From: Octopus bimaculoides
Taxonomy: Eukaryota
Direction: 5' to 3'
Length of the DNA: 64,000 nt
NCBI RefSeq assembly: GCF_001194135.2
Contig: NC_068985.1
Span: 107,303,054 to 107,367,053 of the forward strand
Under the pieces are notes generated by a model. That model was not told where the DNA came from. It did no database searches and saw only the letters and a program-made list of their open reading frames with translations. This document shows positions 13,801-23,284 of this stretch, one piece after another (within the stretch, counting starts at the first letter, position 1; every line of letters begins with the position of its first letter). The translations under genes were made by a program, and so were the position numbers.

Positions 13801-16800
13801 CACCCCCACCACACTGACCTACACCAGCTTTAGTATGTCCTAATGTTTAGTTATGGTTCCACATTTTCCCCGTTTGTATATTACCAACCTGCTTACTGTC
13901 GTCCATAACTATACTCTCACCAATATAGCTATTACTCTGCATTCCTCCTTAACTTTCTACACACAATTGTCATTCATATACAACCTTGATACTTTGTATC
14001 AAACGTATGCTGCTTTCATGAACTAAAACTTTGGAAACCTTTTCTAATGGGGGCATGGCAATTTTGTCTCCTTCAACAACACAAAGATACAGTTACTGAA
14101 TATACCAAGGAAATCGTCTTGTACCTTCACCATCTTGAATAATAATCAATAAAAGATGTCAAAACTGCTACAAATACTCAGATGCACAATTACTGGTGAT
14201 TATTTACTTAGAATATAAAAGCTACATTCCAAAGGCTTGTTTTCCACTTCAGGATTAGAAAATATTCAGCTTTGAACTGATGCAGGTCCACTGCAAAGCT
14301 CATATGAGACCCACAATGAAAATACTGCTTCCACATCTAGTTTGTGTTGCTGCACAAGCAAACACCTTAGATTGCATACAAAAAGAAGCCATATGGCAGA
14401 TTGACAAAGACTCGTCAACCTACTTCAGTCTCTAACCCACAGGTGTCTTGTATCTTCACTATGTCTTTTTTTTACCACTCAACAAACTCAATCTGACCTA
14501 TGCAAGGATGGGGAAATGGATTTTGAATTATCAATCTCATCAGTTTCAGAACCTTTGTGAATGTCATGGGTTCAACTCTCTCTTAACTAAACATTTAAAA
14601 ATATATATTCTGTTAAATGATGATGATGAATATTTATATCAGGATTGCCAAATAATCCAAGATGCCAGGCTCAATCAGAACATTGAATTTTCTAGATCAT
14701 GAATGTGGGTGTAGGTTTGGATCCCATGCTTGTTAGGTAATTTTTTTTTTAAGGCACAGGTGGCTGTGTGGTAAATTTGCTTCCCAATCACTAGGTTCCT
14801 TGGGTCAGTCCTTCTGCATGGCACCTTGGGTAAGTATCCTAAGTCAACCAAAACTTTGTGAGTGGATTTGGTAGGTGGAAACTGAAAGAAGCCTATCATG
14901 TGTGCATGCATGCACACACATACATGTAGGCATGCATATGTGTTTGTCCCCCCACTACTCTCACTATTGCTTGACAACTGATGTTGCTTTGTTTATGTCC
15001 CTGTAACTTAGCAGTTTGGCAAAGAGATCAATAGTGTTAAAAGATAAAGACTGGAACTGGTTCACTCAAAACCTTTCAAGGTGTTGCCCCAGCATGGCTA
15101 CAGTCCAATGACTGAAACAAGAGGAAGATAAATACATTATTGCATTTTGCACAATTTGCTTATAGTCATAGTGTTTCTTCTTCAGTCCATTCTGTACATA
15201 TACATGCCAAGTGCTAAACCTCCAGTCACTTCAGTTCAAGAAAGGTACTGATATCCCTTCTATTTCCCCTAAGTTTTGTGCTCCAGTACTAGCCCTTATA
15301 CATGCTGTTCTCCCTACAAGAATCTTTCCTGATCTTTCAGTTCATTCCCAAGAATTGCAACTTCTCAGTCCTCACCAGCTACCAACTTATCACTTACCAA
15401 CCAACTTCTCCAACACTTCAAGTCTTATTCCTTCATCATTCATCAAGGTGAACTAGATCCAAGTAGATACATTTTCTAACATTAAAAGGTACCCACGACT
15501 CTGGGATTTATATCAACCAGCAAACAATAGCAACAGTTGTTACAGGCAATCATTGAACTGCCATGTTTCTGATGATAGTAACGCTAAAGTATCTGCAACT
15601 CCATGGGGAACAAACAGTACTGTAGGAGACTATTAAGACCACCTGTTTTAGTTATCTTGCTGTTGTACATTGCCAAAAGATGCACAGAGATAGACGTTGC
15701 ACAGTAGTTGGGTAAAGAAGATTCATGTGGAAGGAACCTGCAGAATAAAAAGACCAAGGAAGGTATAGGAAAAAGCAGTGAAAGCTGGTCTCAGACAACT
15801 GAACCTCTCAAAGATGACAAAGGCTCGCAACTGCTGATGGGACCTTATACTGGAGAAGACCCATTGTCGGCACAGATATGACTGTATGATTAAGAAGTTT
15901 GCTTTCCAACCACATGGTTTCAGGTTCAGTCCCACTGCATGACACTTTGAGCACATGTCTTCTTAGTGGACCGACCAAAACCTTATGAGTGGATTTGATA
16001 GACAGAAACTGACAAGTTGTGTGTGTTTCACTATCATACAAGCAATGTCATTCATTTCTGATATTCCATGGAAATATATCTGGCCTTGAGGAAATATTAC
16101 CTTACTTGGAAACAGGTGAGGGTTGGCAACAGGAAAGACATCCAGCTTATGTAATCATGGAAAAGTAGATGCTAAAAACAATGATGGGCTTCCATGCAGT
16201 TTGTGTGTACCATATTCTGTGCACAAGATTTTAGTCAACTCAGAATCATAGTAAAAGATACCTACTCAAGGATCCACATAGGGTAATCAAACCTGGTACC
16301 TTGTACTTGCAAAGCAAACTCTTACTTTTTTCTTTAATACACACTCATGTTTGTGCCAACATATTTACCTTGTATTTTCATATTTGTTCTTTGATCAGAA
16401 TAAATTGCTCAGCCGGACTTGACGAAGGACTTTATACCTTAAAGTCTTTCAACTGTTTAGATGGCATACTAGATAAAGTAGATGATTTGTACTTGAGTCA
16501 TCATTTATTTAATGTTGATATGGTTGTAAAGAAATGATAGTTGAATTAAGAAAGGGCTGGAAGAAATTCAGGACACTGTTACCTTTGTTGGCAACAAAAG
16601 CATCTCTCTATATCTGTCTATTTATCTACCTATCCACGTGAAAGGTAGACTGTTATATGAAGCCTATGTTAAGATTTGGCAGTCTATGTGGTATTGAGAC
16701 ATGGAGCATTGGATGTGGAAGATCTGTGAAGAATGCTGAAATGTATTGGGTGTGTGAACGGAGAGTGGCTGAGTGTTACACATTTTAGGTAATGAATGCA

Positions 16801-18669
16801 AGGGAGATAACTACATTGTGGACGTAATGTAAATGGTATTAAGTGAATAATTATCTTATGATGTATGCATAAGTGTATGCAACTGAGAAAGAGGTGGAGA
16901 GAAGTGAAGTTACATTTTCAGTTCACCTGAATTGTCCTTCCATTTTTGTTCATTTAAAATTAAAGCGTGGTTGTGTGTTAAATTTGCTTCCCAGTCACAT
17001 GGCACTGAATTCAGTCCCACTGCAGGACACTTAGGGCAAGTGTCTTTTTACCCATGGCCCTGGGCCAACCCAAGTCTTGTGAGCAGATTTGGTTCACAGG
17101 AATTGAAAGAAACCTGTCGTAAATGTGTTTTTGTTTGTCCTCCACTATTATTGCTTGACAACCGGTATTGGTTTGTTTATGTTGCCATAACTTAGCACGT
17201 TGGCCTTTGGCATAAAATACTAAGAGAATATGTTGCCTGGCTTAAAAAGAAAAAGTACTGGGGTCAATTCACTTGACTAAAATCCCTGAAAGCGGTACCC
17301 CAGCATGGCTGCTGTCCAGTGACTGAAACAAAAGAAAATAAGATGTGCTTACAGGTCTGTATATAGGCATGTACATATGGATATGTTACTCTTAGACATG
17401 TTAGCATTTATGTATATGTGTGTGTATATATATATATAATCACACACGTGATTATATATCAAACACCAACATTTAATGTGTGTGTGTGAATGTAGGGATA
17501 TGTCTCTGTGAATGTGGATGTGCTCTTTTCTGGTACAGTTGTGTGAGTAGGCATGTATGTTCATAAATCTCATTTACTGTTACTAGCTCATATTTCATTG
17601 TATTCAAAATTTAAGAGTATTCTATTGTCTTAATACTTGATCATCGTAAACATTGTTGTGCTGTGCTTAATCTGTATCAGCTTGAACATACCAATATTAA
17701 AAGAAGAAGCATAACCCTTGTGTTTCTCTTTTGACTTGGTAAATATAAGTTTGCCACAGAATACATTCGTTAAATGTGTTTGTAAAGAATTTTAGATGGA
17801 AAAGTAGCAACAAGTCTTCTGATGTGAATCAAAATATGTAATAGAAAGAAATGTAACCTAGTCAGTAGTTATGTAGCTCCTCCATTGTAAGAAGCCTATT
17901 CTATTCTGGCTCCTTCTTTCCTACTTTAAATTTTTGTCTCATAAAGCTGCTTCTCTTTCTACTGTAGTCCAGTTCAATTGGGGAAAATCTTAATCATGCA
18001 ATCAGCATGGTGACCTCACAAGTGCTAGTGCCATGGGGAAAAAAAGCACTCAAAACAATGGTTGGTATTAGGAACCAGCTTTAGAAACCATGCCAAAGTA
18101 AACAAGGCAATTTGCAGTCCCTCGACCCTGTCAAACCATCCAACCTATGCCAGCATGGAAAATGGGTGTTTAAAGAGGACGATGATGGCCATTTGTGTTC
18201 AATGGAACAGAAGTCACTGTAATAAATGAAAGGAAGACTTATCTTAATGGTTGCTCTAATAATTGGGGTTTGTGTGGTATGGAGGGTATAATCTATATTT
18301 TTACTCTTTGATTATTGCTCCCTGTCAGCTGTCATTTACTCCACCATTTCTCTGCTTTCTGTGGATTTGAGTTTACCATGAACTTTTGTATGATTAAGCA
18401 TCAGTATTTAGCTATACTGTAGGACCCTTGTCACCTTAATACTTCTAACTACTTTACGTCTGTGGCCATGCTGTAGCATCCATCTTGCTCTAGCATTTGT
18501 CTTTGTAGTCACACCCCAGCAATTCTGACCAATCCTAACAAATGTTGTAGCTACTTCCCTAGGGTAGGACAACAAATGCATTGCTGTGACAGTCCTTGCT
18601 TACTTTTGCTGTGGTTGCCACCAAAATCTATGTGAAGGAGCCTGAAATAGGTAGAAATAGATTGTCAAG

Positions 18670-18714
<45 letters not shown>

Positions 18715-19138
18715 GTGTGTAGACGTTCACACTTTACTCTTTATTACGATTCATCACTGTACATTGTAGCATGCAGTATAGTCATCAGTTAGGCAGAGAC
18801 CTGATATAATTTGAAAGATGAATCTATGGAATCGTACCGCATTCAAATAGCTACCTGTGTGCCATGAGATTGTTCTATCAGAGCTAACCTGCGATTGTAC
18901 AACTATTACTTTTGCTAACACTTGTTTGTCATTATGTGAATCCTCCCTGATCCCTCATATCATGACTCTTCCCTAGTTTGTTTTCACTCCCTCCATTCCA
19001 AGTATGTATAAAAATGAATAATCTTATTGTTCTCTTTTCCAGAAAAAGTACCGTAAGAAGTTATGTCTGCTGCTGCTGATAGTGGTGGTGATTCTCGTTG
19101 TTTTAGGTATCATTATATACTTCACTCTACAGAAATAG
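4445..19138 (+). CDS. STX7/STX12: Syntaxin-7/12(13)-family Qa-SNARE, 5'-partial; join(4445-4532,6267-6341,7366-7437,10009-10134,11266-11338,11976-12058,19043-19138)
   Basis: Seven AG/GT-bounded exons give one open frame (613 nt = 1 + 204 codons including stop). It contains Habc helices (HETSQSTNEIVTETANLVKK; RKFELERLRNDFEESFKKFTELQK), a SNARE motif ([42 protein letters not shown]) and a C-terminal TM anchor (KKYRKKLCLLLLIVVVILVVLGIIIYFTLQK*). The N-terminal exons were not found in the window. STX7 versus STX12 cannot be resolved by eye. Confidence 0.93.
4645..5015 (+). mobile_element. tRNA-derived SINE (head + central core + (TG)n + gggtcgat...gactgaaac tail), young copy
   Basis: A-box-like tggctgtgtggtaag and B-box-like gggttcagtccc; homologous copies at ~14755-15125, ~16962-17335, ~56020-56365. 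Confidence 0.85.
5900..6084 (+). mobile_element. Non-autonomous repeat fragment, possibly Helentron/HINE-like
   Basis: gaaagtttcatccaaatccatccagcagttcttgagatatc...(caaa)n...gaaaacaatacctctgcc; class recalled, not verified. Confidence 0.35.
6267..6341 (+). CDS. STX7/STX12: Syntaxin exon (Hc helix): NRKFELERLRNDFEESFKKFTELQK
   Basis: ttcttcag acceptor, gtgagt donor; 75 nt, phase 0-0. Confidence 0.88.
6672..7100 (-). mobile_element. Two stacked RTE 3' tails (about 6672-6944 and 6945-7100)
   Basis: The ggctccaatctgatttggcagagtttctacagctggatgcccttcc block occurs twice; (CAT)n at 6945-6962. Confidence 0.85.
7366..7437 (+). CDS. STX7/STX12: Syntaxin exon (linker): KAAEKVRTAKPLRPPPGESLIDFE
   Basis: tgtag acceptor, gtaagt donor; 72 nt, phase 0-0. 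Confidence 0.85.
7853..8215 (+). mobile_element. tRNA-derived SINE, second family, young
   Basis: A box tggcccagtgg, B box ggtttcgattcc; 3' module (gctgaat...gtggagtgctcagc...ttaatttcacgag) shared with 21775-22030. Confidence 0.85.
8490..8592 (+). mobile_element. RTE 3' tail, ~100 bp, near-consensus
   Basis: ccagtcctcagtcaaatcgtccaacccatgctagcatggaaagcggacgttaaac(gat)n. Confidence 0.88.
10009..10134 (+). CDS. STX7/STX12: Syntaxin exon: DDDQESLL...[10 protein letters not shown]
   Basis: Polypyrimidine tract + tag acceptor, gtggga donor; matches ORF 10057-10263. Confidence 0.92.
11266..11338 (+). CDS. STX7/STX12: Syntaxin exon (SNARE motif, 0-layer Q): [24 protein letters not shown]
   Basis: tgtag acceptor, gtgaat donor; phase 0 to 1. 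Confidence 0.93.
11976..12058 (+). CDS. STX7/STX12: Syntaxin exon: (D)SIEANVDNGYSRVESGMQQLTKAASHQ
   Basis: tttccag acceptor, gtgggt donor; phase 1 to 0. Confidence 0.93.
13200..14100 (-). mobile_element. Highly degenerate RTE-like RT remnant
   Basis: Weak motif remnants (LVIYKRGKC; KYSRVNG; EEKFKEVLWNW) on the minus strand. Confidence 0.4.
14150..14520 (+). mobile_element. CR1/Jockey-group LINE C-terminal remnant
   Basis: Remnants RPTM(K/E)YC.HI, ANTLDCIQKEAI, LQSLTHRCLVSSLCLF resemble the RPHMEYCSHLW...LDRIQRRA...ASLCVFY signature. Confidence 0.5.
14755..15125 (+). mobile_element. tRNA-derived SINE, same family as 4645-5015
   Basis: Same head, core and tail. Confidence 0.8.
15480..15870 (+). 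mobile_element. Degenerate RTE C-terminal fragment
   Basis: WVKK..VEGTC..KRPRK..EKAVKAGLRQLNL.KMT. Confidence 0.55.
16962..17335 (+). mobile_element. tRNA-derived SINE, same family as 4645-5015
   Basis: Same head, core and tail. Confidence 0.8.
18674..18710. repeat. (GA)n microsatellite
   Basis: Direct reading. Confidence 0.95.
19043..19138 (+). CDS. STX7/STX12: Syntaxin last coding exon (TM tail anchor, TAG stop)
   Basis: ttttccag acceptor; KKYRKKLCLLLLIVVVILVVLGIIIYFTLQK*. Confidence 0.92.
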   Translation, partial: KKYRKKLCLLLLIVVVILVVLGIIIYFTLQK

Positions 19139-19490
19139 ACCAAAAACTGGATGTGAACTGTGATGATGGTTGTGGTGGTGGACACTGTAACACAGTTTCA
19201 CTGTCCCTCATACTGTCTCCCCTCCTCCTTCCTCTGTGTCGCTGCTAAGTACACATCTATTAGTTGGTATACACACAGACACAATTGTATACCAATTCCT
19301 ATACACTTGTGGTTGCACATGCATCCAGTTTCAGACACACACATGGACAACTGCATATCACATCATGTTACATCAAACATATAATTCTAAAAACAAATTG
19401 TTGGCTGCATCAGCAACAGCTAAAAAACTCAGTTTTTTTTTTTTTTTACAAGATAAAAAAAAAATTTTGCAAATTTAATTGAACAATGAA

Positions 19491-19496
19491 AATAAA
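19491..19496 (+). promoter_or_regulatory. Candidate proximal polyadenylation signal of the syntaxin gene
   Basis: AATAAA ~350 nt after the stop; AT-rich context makes chance occurrence likely. Confidence 0.3.
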
Positions 19497-19703
19497 ATTA
19501 CTTTGACAATGTGATTGTTGAAAACCTTGTCCAAGCCACAATTATGTGTTTGTGTGTGCACACACACATATGTATATATGTTACATGCATATGCACAAAC
19601 ACAAACACACATTATGCATGCACACTCATACATGGATACTTCTCATATGTATTGAATATATCTTTATATATCTCTTCAGTTTATCTTGAAAAATTATTTT
19701 TGT

Positions 19704-19709
19704 TATTAC

Positions 19710-19743
<34 letters not shown>

Positions 19744-19744
19744 G
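19704..19744. repeat. (TTA)n microsatellite
   Basis: Direct reading. Confidence 0.95.
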
Positions 19745-19746
19745 CA

Positions 19747-20810
19747 GCAAGCTGGCAGAACTGTTAGTCATTTGTACAAAATGCTTAGTGGCATTTCTTC
19801 TAATTCTTTACATTCTGAGTTCAAATTCCGCCAAGGTCAACTTTGCCTTTCATTTTTTTCAGGGTCAGTGAAATAGGTACCAGTTGAGCTCTAAGGTTAC
19901 TGAAATTAAATAGTCCCCTCTCCCAGAATTTCAGGTCTTGTGCCTATAGCAGAAAGGATTATTATTATTATTGAAGTTCAAATGCCATGTGATATCAATT
20001 AAAAAAACTTAACTAGATCCAGTCATGTCCTGGATCTATTTAATCAACTGTACCCTCACCTATCAAATTATCTTGTTCCAATGTTAGAAATATTTCTATC
20101 AGAGAGTACAGTGAATGGCAGAATTATAGAGCACCAGATAAAAAAATATCTTGTGATATTTAGTCAAGGCCCTTTGTGTCAAGGGCTTTGACTTTCACAG
20201 TTAAAAATATAACCTTGTACTTTATAAGTTCAAATTCATCCAAAGTTGACTTTACTTTTCATCCCTCTGCAATCAATAAAATAAAGTATCTGTCAAGTAC
20301 TAGGATGAATGTAATTGACTTATTCCTCTCACTATTATTGTCCTTGTGTCAAATTTAAAACTGCTATTAAAGTATTGAGCTGACAGAATTGTTAGCATAC
20401 CATACAAAATGCTTAACAGCATTTCATCAGATTTTTATGTTCTGAGTTCAAATTCTGCCAAGGTTAACTTTGCCTTTTATCCTCTCAGTTAATAAAATAA
20501 GTACTAATCAAGCATTAGGGTTGATTTAATCAGCTAACCCCATCCCCCAAATTTCAGGCCTTGTACCTATAATAGAAAGGATTATTATTCCTATTGTTTT
20601 CATAGCAACTGATAGCCAGTGCAGATCATGCTATACGCTTTGCTGTATTGTTCTGAGATCATACGTTAACAAGGTCAAATTTGACCTTAATCTTTCTGGA
20701 GAAAATAAAAATGAAATACCAGTTGACTACTGGTGTTGATTTAATTCATCATACCCTCTTCCCAAATTCATGGCTTTGTGCCTCTTTGAGAAATCATCAA
20801 CATTATTATT
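19747..20810 (+). mobile_element. Cluster of four head-to-tail MetaSINE-like copies downstream of the syntaxin stop
   Basis: Repeated ttctgagttcaaattc...gtcaactttgcctttcatcc...gtaccag...(att)n at ~19747, ~20115, ~20378, ~20665. Confidence 0.75.
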
Positions 20811-21040
20811 TTTTGAATGACCAAATATACAAACTCAGAAAAACAACAAGAAGCAACAAAATCCAAACGCATAGTGAAGTGATTTCTACATTTTTATCTT
20901 ACACATTTATACAGTCACATAACAATGAACAATGAAACCATATACAGATACATTTGTGTCAAAAATACATATATACATACAATCACATGTATGTGTATGT
21001 AATTATATATATATATATAACAAAATATTGAATTTATGTT

Positions 21041-21046
21041 AATAAA
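21041..21046 (+). promoter_or_regulatory. Candidate distal polyadenylation signal of the syntaxin gene
   Basis: AATAAA followed by a T/GT-rich downstream stretch. Confidence 0.3.
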
Positions 21047-21528
21047 GTTCATATTTTCATATGAACTGCTGCTTTTAAAATCGTTATATATTTCAGTGTT
21101 TTTATTTCTTTGATAAGTTTTAAAATGTGAAATTTACACATAACTACATGTATGTAAGAGAGAGAATTGACAATTTCAAGTTGTTTCATAACAGCACAAG
21201 ATACAGGAGAGAAAGTAAGAGTGACCTAGGTTGAATAGCTTTTCTGGCAGATGAAACTTTTGACTTATATGCCTGCTGTATCATTGCCTAACAATATTTT
21301 TTCCTCATATAAGATGTCAATGCATACCAACTGGTTTTGATATATTGTGAGGAACTTTCTACATGGTTGCTCAACTTGCAAGAAATAGCTGCCAGATTTC
21401 CTTCTTCATATGAAATTGTTATGATTGGAATGCTTCTTATCATCTGATAAGGAGCAGTTGTAGAATATGAATGAATTTTTCTTAATCATTTGAATAACAT
21501 TCTGTGGAAAGGAGCACCATGTGTAGAG

Positions 21529-21618
21529 GAGTCGGCACCTAACCAGAATTGAAATATTACATGTCTCTGCAAAGAGTCGGCCACAATCAGAATTGAAATA
21601 TTACATGTCTCTGCAAAG
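21529..21618. repeat. Two-copy 45-bp tandem repeat
   Basis: gagtcggc...cagaattgaaatattacatgtctctgcaaa x2. Confidence 0.9.
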
Positions 21619-21774
21619 AAACTGCACATAGTCATAATAACAAGTCAATTACTGTATCTGAGGGCATATAAGACCGAAGGAATGTCTTGAAAGAAAAAAT
21701 CACCCTTGGTCCTGTATACAAAGTTAGGCCTATAAACTGGCAGTTGGTTACGACAATGAGGGTTTAATTAACGG

Positions 21775-22030
21775 CCTACTCATGAAATTAACATGCGAGT
21801 AGCTGAGCACTCCACAGACACGCATACTATTAACGTAGTTCTCGGAGATTCAGCGTGACACAGAATGTGACAAGGCCGGTCCTTTGAAATACAGGTACTA
21901 CTCATTTTTGCTATCTGATTGGACTGGAGCAACATGAAATAATGTGTCTTACTCAAGGACAAGGTACTGCTGGGAATCGAGCTCACAGCTTTCTGATCAT
22001 GAGCCAAACAAACTAACCTCTCAGCCACAT
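21775..22030 (-). mobile_element. tRNA-derived SINE (V-domain-like core) sharing its 3' module with 7853-8215
   Basis: Reverse complement reads tccttgagtaagacac...gctccagtccaatcag...; partial + strand copy at ~55660-55860. Confidence 0.75.
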
Positions 22031-22838
22031 GCTTTCACTACAAAGTGGAGCCTATATTACATGCACTAAGAGCTTTTCCTGCCATATGCACTACTGAAAT
22101 TGGGATTTGTCTAATATACCCATGCATCTTTTATACCAAGCATGAGCAACCTTTTATAAGAAGTGGGTCACAAGAGACATGGCTTGTCCTCAGGCAGGGT
22201 CCACTACTAAAAAAATTTAGAATTTTTTTTATTTGGTTTACAAGTCAAAAAGTCCTGCAGTTTGCCCATTAGTTTCATACCATTAAACAGGGTACATTAT
22301 GGACAACTAGTGGTGATGGATTTCTGTTATTCGATTAAATCCATTACCAGCTCCTCAATTAACATTTAAGTGGCTGAATATTCCACAAATATGTGTACTC
22401 TTAATGAAGTTCTTAGGCAGAATCAACATGATGCAGACAAAGCCGAACCTTTTGAATTACAGGTACAATCCAACCTACAGGCTTCTATTCAGTTTCCATC
22501 TCACCAATTTTATTCATAAGTTATAGAAAGTGATGTTTTCTCCAAAATGCCATGTAGTGTGACTGAACCTGTAACTTCATGGTTTCAAAACAAACTTATT
22601 ATCCATTCAGCCAAACTGTGCCTACCTCGAACAATTATGTCTTTGTTAAACGTGTGTCTGTTACTATTTTACCTCCCAGACATGCATATTGTGGGCATAT
22701 ACTAGTGTCCATTCTTATGATTATGTCAGCTATGATTTCCATCATAAGCAAGTATATCTTAAACTTGTTTCATTTCAAAAACTGTTAAGTAACTTAACTT
22801 CTTATTTTTTTCTCCAAAAATTATGTTGAAACACATTT

Positions 22839-22934
22839 AATGCTATTAAACCTTGGGAGAGGCATTATGCCGGTAATAAACCAGTGCGTGTGTTTATTAC
22901 CGGCATAATGCCTCTCCCAAGGTTTAATAGTATT
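22839..22934. repeat. 43-bp-arm inverted repeat with a 10-nt loop
   Basis: Arms 22839-22881 and 22892-22934 are reverse complements with one mismatch (G-U on the + strand RNA). Confidence 0.95.
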
Positions 22935-23284
22935 TCTTTCAACACACGTATTCACATCGAGAATCTTGCACACCAAATACACATACGAAACATTTAATGC
23001 TATCATCCAGATAATTGTCAATTTCTTTTTCCATGCTCATGTTTTTCCACAGCCAGATGCTCTTCTCCCACCTGTTTCCAAATGAGGTAATAATCTCCCA
23101 GTCTATTAAGCAACAAGCGGCCCAGACATGGTTATATATGAAACAAGCAACACCATTTGAATGAGCCTTTTATTTACAAAGGTCCTGGTTTTTCTTCTGA
23201 GCCCATCTAGCTATGTAGTGTGTAAAACTTTGTTTGCACAAGGCCTTTACTCAATGTCCGTTCCCAGTGTCTATCATATATTTA

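Noticed and set aside
19686-19876. Poly-Tyr and poly-Leu ORFs
   Set aside because: Translations of the (TTA)n microsatellite.
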